From the IMG/VR virus record IMGVR_UViG_3300035180_000153, positions 1-54,354 of that record: DNA of 54,354 nucleotides; one strand, 5' to 3'. Positions within the stretch are counted from its first letter, which is position 1; every line of letters starts with the position of its first letter. Origin of the DNA: a virus. Its lineage: Duplodnaviria; Caudoviricetes. Below are positions 37,501 to 44,827 of this stretch, piece after piece. The notes under the pieces are model-generated. The model was not told the origin of the DNA. It made no database searches and saw nothing but the letters and a program-made list of their open reading frames with translations. The position numbers and the translations under genes were made by a program.

Positions 37501-40500
37501 GCGCTTACCCAATGCGGACAGTTTGTCCTTCATCTTGGCATCCAGATTCTTGCGGATACGCTCCATGTCGGCGGTGATTCGCTTGTCGCCGCGTGCTCGC
37601 TTCATGTCCTCGATGGCATCAGCCAATTCGTCAACCTGTTCTTGCAGGACGGCAATCTCGGTTTTCTCTGGCAGGCCGATTTTCTTCAGTGAAGAATGTC
37701 CGACCACCACAGCATCCCAGTCTCCTGTAGTTATCTTTGCAAACAGGCGCTCCCGGTTGTCCTTACTGAAATCCTCTGGTGCGGCAGCCAGAATGTTAGA
37801 GCCTGGGTAAAGGCGGGTGAAATCACTGCGCCATTGCAGAGTTAGGTGGTTTGGCACCACTATCAACGGCTTGCGTGCGATGCCAAGGCGGCGCATCTCC
37901 ATTGCCAGCGTTACCATCTCGAATGTCTTTCCAGCCCCAACGACATGATCGTATAGCACCTGATAGGTCTGCAAGCCACGCCAAACTCCGTTCTTCTGGT
38001 GCGCCAGCAGTGAGTAGGACGGATTCATCCCCGGGAAACTCATGTGCGAGCCGTCATATTTACGCTCGACAATCCGGTTCATTTTGTCGTTGTAGATTGA
38101 GGCGATGCGATCAGCACGCTCTGGGTCTTGCCATAGCCATTTCTGCCACTCTGCCTTGATGGCGTTCTGTTTTTCGCGGGCGGCTTCGGTTTTATCCTCA
38201 AGCAGGATCGTTGTGGTGGAACCGTCGTGATTGCGCAGCGTCTTTTTCACAACAGCGCCACGGCCCATCATTGTTAGTTGGAACAGTTCTTGAGCAGACA
38301 TGTCTGACGTTCCGAAGCGCCCACTATTCAGGGCCGGATCGTTGCCATTGTCGAAAGCCATCAGCCACTGTCCTGTTGACTTGATGTAGCTTGCGGTCGC
38401 GCTACCACCCGAGATGTGCTTGGCGAATTGCTCATAAACATCTGCAGGAACGAATTCGGCACCGATGCTCACGGAAATCTCGCTAGGCGTCTTGTCCTTC
38501 GGGACGATCTTTTCAAGCGCCTCCACGTTTCTGCGGTACTTGTCATTTCCCTGCGCGGCATACTTTGCCTCATCCAGCTTGGTTTTTACATCGCCAGAAA
38601 GGTACTCGTCGGCGGTCACGATGCCATTTTGCGGATCGTCGAACACAACGTCGCCAAGTTCCTTGACGATCTCATCCATTGGTTTGCCATAGACTTCGGC
38701 CATGTAGTCAGGATCAACCTTGCCGCGGTAATTCAGTGATGCCAGCAGCGCATCCTTGGCCGTGGTTACGGTCATGTGATCCTGCGGAGGGAAGGCGACA
38801 CGGCGCTTAAAAATGTCGGCCTTGGTAGCGCTGGCTTCACGTTGCTCAATTCCTTCCTTCTCGGCGGTCGCCTTGCCAATCCCCTTGTCGTAGTCAAATT
38901 CCAGCGCCTGAATAAGATGGGATTCTGGGTCATCAAGGAAGATGCTTCGGTTGGTGGTGCTGTTAAGATGCTTGTACTTCTTGAGGAAGTCGTCATAAAG
39001 CCGGTTTAGTTCGGCACGGTTGGCTTCGATGTCCTGCTCGGTTGCGTCAACGGATCGCTCCAGGCGCATCTGCTTACGCAACGCGTCACGAATGGCGATC
39101 ATGCCCTTCATGCGCCCGATCTGCGACTCATAGCGTGGTTCCCATGCAACAGCGGTTTTGTTGCCCATCAGGTCATTGCCACGTTGCATTACCTTATCAT
39201 CTGCATCGACGTAGTACGATCCCACCTTGATTCCATCTGGCACGGCCATATCCACCACGGCGGCATCGCTTGCACGGTCTATGTTGTCGAACATGTTTTC
39301 CGGAAGCGACTTTGCCCACTTAGCCAATTCGTTCTTGAGATCACCGTCTTGTTCAACGGTGTATTCATTTGCAGAATACATGGAGCCGCCCGCCGATGGC
39401 TTGCCAAGCACGTACTGCTGGTTTGCTACGAAGAACTGATTGACGTTGTGGGTTACGTGTTCCCCTGTCTTGGGGTTGATGTTGATCTGCTCAACTACGT
39501 CCTGCCACGGGGCGATAGAATCCGGAAATCCGTTGTTGTCGTGTTTCTGGAATATCAGGATGTCGGTCACAACCTCGGTGCCAGCATTATCCTTGAATGC
39601 TGTGTTTGGTAGGCGCACTCCGCCGATCAATCCAGCGCGTTCTCCGATCCACTTGCGCACGCGGGTGTCCTGTGCATCAAGGAAATTATGAGAGACGACA
39701 ACGGCCATGATTCCGCCTGGCCGTAACTTATCAATGGATTTGGCTAGGAAATAGTTGTGAATGCTGAACCCTGAATACGGGCTGCGCTCCTTATCAACCA
39801 ACGGATACGATCCGAACGGAGGGTTGCCGATCACCACGTCGAAGTATTCGGATGGTATCTCGAAGTCCTGGAAGCCTGTAGCCTCGGCGATTTTGGCTTT
39901 CGGATACAACGCAGACACCAGGCGGCTGGTCAGCGAGTCGAGTTCCACGCCGTAAAGCTGCGAGGCGTTGCGCATCTCTCGCGGCATCAGGCCGAAGAAG
40001 TTGCCCACACCAACAGACGGTTCGAGCACGCGGCCAGACTTGAATCCCAAGCGGGCCAGCGCATCGTACATGCCTTTCACGACTTCCGGGCTGGTGTAGT
40101 GCGCATCCAGGGTGGAGGCGCGGGCAGCACGGAATTCCTCGTCGGTCAGCAATTCCTTGAGTTCATTATGCTGCTTGGCCCATGCCTTGTTGTTGGGGTC
40201 GAACGCGCCTTTCATGGCACCCCATCCAACGTACTTTGACAGCGCCTTGCGCTCTTCTGGTGTTGCGTCTCGCCCCTCGGTTTCGAGTGTCTTGAGAATC
40301 TTGATGGCCGCTACGTTGTCGCGGAACTTCTTGCCAAGTCCGCCTTTGCCGATCTCGTCGGCGTCAATTACGTGGTCTGTTCCTTCTTCGGTAGGGGCAT
40401 CGTGTCGATTGACGCCGCTGGCGGGTTCTGACTCAGGCCGTACACCTCTGCCTTCTCCCAACTCGATAGATGGTTCAGTCCTGGCTCCAGTTTCACCTTG

Positions 40501-43371
40501 ATTTCCTCGCGTTCCTGCGCCTTGAGTGCCTCCAGATACTCCCCGGTTGTGATCAAGTCCTTGACTGTGCTCGGCCAGCCCAGCGCCCAACGGTTGGCGA
40601 TCTCGATGGCCGTTGGCGACATATGACTGATCTTCGTCCGAAGCTCTTTGGGATACTGGCTTGGTTTGTACAGAGTTTGCATTTTGCGATTCCTTGTTTG
40701 CTGATTGATCTGACTTGGTGTCTTTATACGGTTCTTCTGCTGACTTCCCGGGTTCTTGCGCTGTATTTACGTTTTCTGATTCGGGTGTTGATGGTTCGGT
40801 ATGGGTGTTGTTGTTTTCCGTTTCCGGGATGGATGGTTGTCCGGCATGGCCTTCTTTCTTATCCTGCTTGGATGCTATCAGCGCCTTGGCTACGCTAACC
40901 GCTTCGCTCTCTGTCTTGAACGTTCCGATTTCTTTTGTGGGTAAAGCGTTTCCGCCAAATGGAGAATTGAAATACCCGCCAGTCGTAACGGTGAAACCTC
41001 CCTTCCACGGCCTGACTGTTACGCTGTCGTATGCATCGCCGTCAACATTCCCTTTCCATCGCCAAGAATCTCCAGACCGAACCATCCCGATCTTCTCAAA
41101 TTCTGACTGATTTGCTGTTGCGCGCTTGTTCGCCGCGTCACGTTCAGCCTTGATCTTTGCAATCTCGGCTTCGTGTTCCGCTTGTGCGGCAGCGTTTATT
41201 TCTTCGTTGGTTTGTCCTGCAAGGCCAAACGCTTTGCCGCCCGTTTCTTGAGCGCCAGCAGTGCCGTTATCCGCAATTCCTCCGGCGTCATTTTCTCTAG
41301 TCTCTTGCGCTGTTCTTTGCTGATCATTTCCATATTCCTTATTTTCTGCGGGTTCAGCGAAAGGTTTATCTGCTTCTTCTGCCATCTTGGCCGCATCGCG
41401 TGACTTGTATGGCGTTTCTGGCTTTGGAGTGTTGATAGGTGCCTGCTCACCAGCCGATTGGCTTGCAGTCTTAATGACCGCATCGGGTGCGCCCTGTTGC
41501 TGCGGCGTAGGCGTGATGGGTTCAGTATGATTGATGACTGGTTGGTTTTCTTGCTTGATTGCTGTTTGCGGGTGCTGGACAGGCGCGATAGTGTTTTGCG
41601 CACTGGTTTGATTCGCTACTGGATTTGCTGCGTTGTCAGCGGTAATGCCAGAAGACTCAGCCGTTCCGCTTCCGGCCACACTTCTTCCGGTAGTTCCACC
41701 CACCCCGTTTCCATCGACTGCTGGCTGTACCATAGCATCAGGTAAGCCTTGCTGACTGATATTGCCTGCGCTCCCACCGCTATCCGTAGCCAACGTGGGA
41801 GTTTGTTGTCCTGTCGCGCCATTGTCTTCATCCTGTGGTAATACTGGACGCGGCAGCGCTGGTTGCGTAAGCGTTCCTTGCTGGCTTAATTGTTTATTTG
41901 ACGCAACTGTCCATGGCGCGCTCAATGCGCCGCTTGCCATTGCCGCGCGCGTCATTACACCCATCGTATTCTGTGGCTGTTCTGGTTGCGCCGGTATGTT
42001 TTCTCCCACCGTTGCCTGGTTGAGGCTGGGGATGTTCTTATACTGGTACGGTTCTGTCTGTATTGGCGCGGTTGAAGTCGTTGCTTCTGGCGTAGCCGTT
42101 GACGATTCTATCGAAGGAGTTGCTTCTGGCGAAACAGTTGATGCCACTGTAGTAGCAGTTGCTTCAGGCGTAACTTCCGCCGCTTCTGGCGTATTTACCG
42201 GCGGAGTATTTTCCGGCATTGTTGCTGGCGTAACTACAGGAGTAGCAGTCAGTACCGGTCCGGGCTGATTTCCATCAGGTGTGTTTACGGGCTGTGAGAT
42301 TCCTGTATCTGCGCCTGGCTGCCCAGGCTGCACGACATGGTTAGCATTCCGAGCTGTTAGTCCATGTACGCTGCCGCCAAGTAAGGCCAGCAACGCGCCA
42401 GAAAGCCCGCCCTCCACTGACGAGTTAAGCACGCCATCGCCTATCGACTGCGTAGGATCGGCATAGTTACGCATGGCTAGATTTTGGACAAGCTGCTCTT
42501 CGCCAGACTGCCCGAACTCCTGCGCTGCTTCTGGAATAATTCCGCCGAGGATTTCCTTGATGACACTCTTGCGCGCTTTTCGCGCCATCTGTCCCAGGAT
42601 TCCGCCGCCCGTAGCGGCAGAGATTCCGCCTGTAAGCGGTATGGTACGGGCGATGATCTCCTTCTCTGCGCTATCCTTAACCTTCTCAAGCGCCTGCTGG
42701 CGGCGTTCCTGCTCTGGAAGTGTCGGGTCTGTAGCCGCATAGGCACTCTGGTAGAAGGGTGACGCCTGCAACTTGTCCTGCGGTAACTGATCGATTTCCT
42801 GCGCCGTCTGCGCGGCATTTTGCAAACCGGAAAACACGCCTTCCGATGCGGCCATGCCGATGGATGACGGCGCATGTTCACCTATCCACTTGGCGCGATC
42901 TGCGTTCACGCCAAGATTTCCAAGCCCTTTCTCGATAGCCTCTCCAGCGCCTACTCCCTCCAGCGCTCTTGTTGCCTTCGTGCCAGGTACTGCCATCACC
43001 AAATTGCTCGGAATGGATTGCAGTGTGCTAAGTACAGTCGATGCGATCGGAGTCGGGCCGAACGACAAGTCGTCTTTGATTACCGGAGCCGTTAGCGAAA
43101 ACTTACCTCCTGGCGTCAGCGTATTGTTCCAGTAATCCGAGGCGTTGTCTCCAAGGCTGCGTATCCCCTTCCCAATCTCCTCACCCTCCGGAACGCCGAG
43201 CAGTTGAGAACCCTGTTTGATGCCCTCTCCAATACCCGATGCTGCTGCCCCTACGCCTGACGCTAGTGTCTTTGCGTAATCTAGCAATGTCGGAGACTTG
43301 AGTGGCACGGAACGCGCCAGCATCGCTTTCAAATCGTCTTGTGCTGGTGGTGCTGTCAGGGTTTGATCCAT
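31567..43371 (-). CDS. Giant polyvalent/ejection protein: DarB-like N6-MTase + SNF2 helicase, HExxxH segment, LPD38-like C-terminus
   Basis: AHYT, LEPSVGVGNF, GNPPF (~39820); GAGKT (~37930), DEMH (~37445), ATGTP, QREGR; HELGDH (~34490); FRIPKPFE (~32355). Confidence 0.88.
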   Translation of the reverse strand: MDQTLTAPPAQDDLKAMLARSVPLKSPTLLDYAKTLASGVGAAASGIGEGIKQGSQLLGVPEGEEIGKGIRSLGDNASDYWNNTLTPGGKFSLTAPVIKDDLSFGPTPIASTVLSTLQSIPSNLVMAVPGTKATRALEGVGAGEAIEKGLGNLGVNADRAKWIGEHAPSSIGMAASEGVFSGLQNAAQTAQEIDQLPQDKLQASPFYQSAYAATDPTLPEQERRQQALEKVKDSAEKEIIARTIPLTGGISAATGGGILGQMARKARKSVIKEILGGIIPEAAQEFGQSGEEQLVQNLAMRNYADPTQSIGDGVLNSSVEGGLSGALLALLGGSVHGLTARNANHVVQPGQPGADTGISQPVNTPDGNQPGPVLTATPVVTPATMPENTPPVNTPEAAEVTPEATATTVASTVSPEATPSIESSTATPEATTSTAPIQTEPYQYKNIPSLNQATVGENIPAQPEQPQNTMGVMTRAAMASGALSAPWTVASNKQLSQQGTLTQPALPRPVLPQDEDNGATGQQTPTLATDSGGSAGNISQQGLPDAMVQPAVDGNGVGGTTGRSVAGSGTAESSGITADNAANPVANQTSAQNTIAPVQHPQTAIKQENQPVINHTEPITPTPQQQGAPDAVIKTASQSAGEQAPINTPKPETPYKSRDAAKMAEEADKPFAEPAENKEYGNDQQRTAQETRENDAGGIADNGTAGAQETGGKAFGLAGQTNEEINAAAQAEHEAEIAKIKAERDAANKRATANQSEFEKIGMVRSGDSWRWKGNVDGDAYDSVTVRPWKGGFTVTTGGYFNSPFGGNALPTKEIGTFKTESEAVSVAKALIASKQDKKEGHAGQPSIPETENNNTHTEPSTPESENVNTAQEPGKSAEEPYKDTKSDQSANKESQNANSVQTKPVSQRASDEDQSYVANGHRDRQPLGAGLAEHSQGLDHNRGVSGGTQGAGTRGNQGETGARTEPSIELGEGRGVRPESEPASGVNRHDAPTEEGTDHVIDADEIGKGGLGKKFRDNVAAIKILKTLETEGRDATPEERKALSKYVGWGAMKGAFDPNNKAWAKQHNELKELLTDEEFRAARASTLDAHYTSPEVVKGMYDALARLGFKSGRVLEPSVGVGNFFGLMPREMRNASQLYGVELDSLTSRLVSALYPKAKIAEATGFQDFEIPSEYFDVVIGNPPFGSYPLVDKERSPYSGFSIHNYFLAKSIDKLRPGGIMAVVVSHNFLDAQDTRVRKWIGERAGLIGGVRLPNTAFKDNAGTEVVTDILIFQKHDNNGFPDSIAPWQDVVEQININPKTGEHVTHNVNQFFVANQQYVLGKPSAGGSMYSANEYTVEQDGDLKNELAKWAKSLPENMFDNIDRASDAAVVDMAVPDGIKVGSYYVDADDKVMQRGNDLMGNKTAVAWEPRYESQIGRMKGMIAIRDALRKQMRLERSVDATEQDIEANRAELNRLYDDFLKKYKHLNSTTNRSIFLDDPESHLIQALEFDYDKGIGKATAEKEGIEQREASATKADIFKRRVAFPPQDHMTVTTAKDALLASLNYRGKVDPDYMAEVYGKPMDEIVKELGDVVFDDPQNGIVTADEYLSGDVKTKLDEAKYAAQGNDKYRRNVEALEKIVPKDKTPSEISVSIGAEFVPADVYEQFAKHISGGSATASYIKSTGQWLMAFDNGNDPALNSGRFGTSDMSAQELFQLTMMGRGAVVKKTLRNHDGSTTTILLEDKTEAAREKQNAIKAEWQKWLWQDPERADRIASIYNDKMNRIVERKYDGSHMSFPGMNPSYSLLAHQKNGVWRGLQTYQVLYDHVVGAGKTFEMVTLAMEMRRLGIARKPLIVVPNHLTLQWRSDFTRLYPGSNILAAAPEDFSKDNRERLFAKITTGDWDAVVVGHSSLKKIGLPEKTEIAVLQEQVDELADAIEDMKRARGDKRITADMERIRKNLDAKMKDKLSALGKRSKMVTFDELGVDAMFIDEMHEFKNLAYNTTMDRNPGMGNPAGSAKAFDLFVKTRWMFDTFGDKTPFISATGTPISNSLVEMFNMQRYMQYPTLKRLGLNVFDAWARQFGSVENVYEVAPSGSGYRQSTRFSKFTNLPALMSLYNTFADTVTLDDLKAQEEAQGNRFPVPKMVGGRPVLVVAERSPYVAALMGMPKAQTDESGNILFNANLDDDIQIKQDEKSGKWTARVGDKYLGLYDTAEDARLKVVESALTPSVSVDPDSILGRFGRLRQLTKETKGKVNALSLTGEANKAGLDYRLIDPKAPDFPGSKINLAVDNMMRIYKQWDADKGTQLVFCDLSIPLSARSSYSNKSRRLYVRDDAGGIEMKRGTMHAIPGYEDLPFFVVQRGDKESKRFDVYDAASGQGLKSDFRSKQDAIDATSGLLGDEAKRQKWINARESTGEIEQSEIDEYNNENDIDVDDPSLFFTRDDVAGISGAANFSVYDDIKSKLMDKGVPENEIAFIHDYNTPTAKDKLFKAVNHGSVRFLLGSTPKMGAGTNVQERLVGLHHIDAPWRPSDLEQREGRIIRRGNKLYERDPENFEVFIGRYATAQTYDTRRWQILEHKARGIEQLRNYDGTLNEIDDIEGEAANAADMKAAASGDPLILEETKLRTDVRRLENLQAAYADEVLAMTRKARSAQEYADTSGPAFVREIRKNLETIAKHPVDKDGFSPISVQGGKALTDKDSANKALASVFENVRSHMIDKASIQYRGLAFELEYVAGNVIMRTPTGMGGMWGATDQFSPSGMVQRLKNYIDRLPAMLDDTLASIEKSKKDSASMRELAKQPFPQAADLERAREDYKKVQRALMAKGPEVPVEQKVAVVSGIEQQKAKLRELGFGDALDESTKYSRSATLTRNPHTESTLREAINSAFQGTKNFADALIATRKFHIIGSEDIGKYLGEGKNFSKASQTDTFNQTNPDIRYSKDGRILAFVRNGETFFVHDNISQTGDSVKGLLLHELGDHALMLGRSDAEFKKILRQFKMMGKAGNEKVIEAQARVPEGTPAHLVDEESLGYFLEANPDLTFSQRVIAWFRDALRKLGDKLKGIQKLQWVQWANRLNESDIVYMATQATRNAPTALQNAQNNADINTRFSKSSIIGASGRAYTPEQLAAMERTGSVVTKKTIQETVKSLWQDAGKKLAQGVFDQFRPVRDLSSHAYTLMRLSSGASGAFEAFMRHGKLLLRDGAYDADTSGGALEKVFYPLGKESTDFLRWVAGNRAERLAKEDRENLFTLDDINAFKSLANGDTDFDYTMPNGNVTRKRILIYRDSLRKFNEFNKNVLDMAEQSGLIDPESRHLWEHEFYVPFYRTVDENDGGIRGMNIKQGVVRQEAFKKLKGGDEKLNDLLANTLMNWAHLIDASAKNRAATATLQAAVKVGAARLALPGDKKTVWHMSGGKKVEYKVDDPYLLDAINGLEYAGLRGPAMDAMSTMKHWLTVGVTASPFFKVRNLIRDSIQSIATADMGYNPLSNVMKGYKLTDRAAQEYVSALAGGGLIRFGTMLEGNEASRVRQLIKNGASDQHILDNESKVRAFYDKYAEPLISAYEELGNRGEEINRMALYDSLIRKGVDHATASLMARDLMDFSMRGTWKTIRFLTQIVPFMNARLQGLYKLGRAAKEDPARFAIVIGGVALASLALLAAYGDDDDWKKREDWDRDNYWWFKIGDEAFRIPKPFEIGAISNLAERTAELAFDDEMTFKRFSGVVLNNIDNQLSMNPVPQLFKPIIDVYANHDSFTERPIETMGMERLAPDYRFNQNTSMIGRGISTAGNTITGDHFLSPVQVDHLIRSYFGWLGAFAVGTADIAVRSASNEPTRPALDYWKTITGSMVSELDGAPSRYVTMMYDQAREIEQAYATWHELMKEGKQEEAAAYRDEHQDELSKYRRVEAIKRQETMLNNRIKFIERSDIMDADEKKERINALRQQQDQIARRLSP
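40368..40682 (-). CDS. Overprinted gene (+1 frame) inside the giant gene, 104 aa
   Basis: AAGGA RBS; globular composition (EIANRWALGWP..VK.LI..GEYLEAL) where the main frame is a low-complexity linker. Confidence 0.65.
   Translation of the reverse strand: MQTLYKPSQYPKELRTKISHMSPTAIEIANRWALGWPSTVKDLITTGEYLEALKAQEREEIKVKLEPGLNHLSSWEKAEVYGLSQNPPAASIDTMPLPKKEQTT
41196..41327 (-). CDS. Overprinted gene (+1 frame), 43 aa basic helix
   Basis: AAGGA 8 nt upstream; MISKEQRKRLEKMTPEELRITALLALKKR. Confidence 0.4.
   Translation of the reverse strand: MISKEQRKRLEKMTPEELRITALLALKKRAAKRLALQDKPTKK
41616..41822 (-). CDS. Overprinted gene (+1 frame), 68 aa
   Basis: AGGA upstream; LPRWLRIAVGAQAISVSKAYLMLW...VELPEEVWPEAERLSLL is globular-like. 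Confidence 0.5.
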   Translation of the reverse strand: MARQDNKLPRWLRIAVGAQAISVSKAYLMLWYSQQSMETGWVELPEEVWPEAERLSLLALPLTTQQIQ

Positions 43372-43381
43372 GTCATATACC

Positions 43382-44827
43382 TCAATTCAAAAGAGTGGCT
43401 TCGCCGTTCACGACTTTCATTGCCTTTCCGGTTACAGGATCAATCCGAATGCCGTCTTTAATCGGTTGTTGTTGATCCTGTGACGGAGGCGGTGTTAGCC
43501 AACGTCCGGAATCAGTGTCATAGAGATAATCAACAGGAACTGGATTTCCTGCCTGATCCCTAGTGACTGTACGGACGCGCTCATAATTGCGCCTGGTAGG
43601 GCTTTTTCCGGTGTATAGCATAATTTCCCTTGCAATCTTGCTTTGGCGATCCGGATCAGCATTCAGATATTCTTTTTGCAGATCGTCGATACGCTGCTTC
43701 TGCGCCAAGTCAATATTTGCGGATTGTCCTTGCGTGTTAAGGAGATTCATTTCTGCATTTGCCTTTGTGTTCGCATTGGCTTGCTGCGTGTTCGCATTGG
43801 CTTGCTGCTCGGATGCGAGTTGATTCTTGAACATCCTGTTCGCGGTGTTGTTCGCGGCAATCTGGTTTGCGGCATTACCAGCCTGGTTAACAAATCCAGC
43901 CATTGCGCTCATTATACCGCCTGATGTATTCAATGATGGCATAGTTGGAGAGGAGAGTTGCGGAGTAGATGGATTTGCAACAATCCTCTGATGAGACATC
44001 TGCGGCTGAGGCTGCGCGGAAATCATGGTTGTCTTGCCGGTACTGTTATTTGTGATCCAGCCTGTACCGGGAGCAGGAATGTCGCTCTCGTCGAACGATG
44101 TTTGTTGATTATCGGGAGAAACATAAACAGGCGCGGACTGTGATGTTCTTGTCGGCGGTGTAAGTTGTGCCTGATTCGTGGAATGTACACGATTCGATGA
44201 ATGTTCAGCGATCACTTGTTCAGGTGTCTTTCCGCCGAGGTTTACCTGTACGCCAGAATTAGGTAGCTGGCCGAGCTTGTCCAATCCCCATTTGTAGACG
44301 GATTCCGGTATCAAGTCTGCCGCTGTCATACCAACCGCAACCGGGCGCGCAAACTGCGCTACTCCTGGGATGAACGATCCGGCCCCAACGGCGGTACGAA
44401 TTACGTTATCGGCTGTCGATGCCGGTTCGTATCTTCGATCTGGCGTTACCATTCCGGTGTTTGCGGCCAGTCCGTATCCTCCCCTGGCGAGTTGATCTAA
44501 CCCGGCCATTTTACCGGCCCATCCTTGCAAGGTATTATTTGCCATATCAGCCGCGCGTGATACCATCGGAGCCTTTGGTGCTGCGCTTGCCGTTGCTTCA
44601 TTTTCTATTGTCGCAGAACCTGGTGCGGGCGCATCCGACGATCCTGATGCTGCCGCAGAACCTGGCGCAGATGCTGGCGCTGCCCCATCAACAGGCATCG
44701 AATCTATGGCCGCCATTTTGGTTGCAGTGTCATTTGCGATTTTTTGTTTGGCACGATCAAGGCTGTACTTAAAGTAATTATCATCTTGATTCATGTTTGG
44801 AGGCGTCAAAGTAGCCATTCTAATCAC
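43382..44827 (-). CDS. Putative DNA ejection/pilot protein
   Basis: Ala/Gln/Asn-rich, helical; lies upstream of the giant protein. Confidence 0.6.
   Translation of the reverse strand: MIRMATLTPPNMNQDDNYFKYSLDRAKQKIANDTATKMAAIDSMPVDGAAPASAPGSAAASGSSDAPAPGSATIENEATASAAPKAPMVSRAADMANNTLQGWAGKMAGLDQLARGGYGLAANTGMVTPDRRYEPASTADNVIRTAVGAGSFIPGVAQFARPVAVGMTAADLIPESVYKWGLDKLGQLPNSGVQVNLGGKTPEQVIAEHSSNRVHSTNQAQLTPPTRTSQSAPVYVSPDNQQTSFDESDIPAPGTGWITNNSTGKTTMISAQPQPQMSHQRIVANPSTPQLSSPTMPSLNTSGGIMSAMAGFVNQAGNAANQIAANNTANRMFKNQLASEQQANANTQQANANTKANAEMNLLNTQGQSANIDLAQKQRIDDLQKEYLNADPDRQSKIAREIMLYTGKSPTRRNYERVRTVTRDQAGNPVPVDYLYDTDSGRWLTPPPSQDQQQPIKDGIRIDPVTGKAMKVVNGEATLLN

Noticed and set aside
31744-43135. 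Many plus-strand ORFs opposite the giant gene
   Set aside because: Antisense shadows with no RBS or protein-like features
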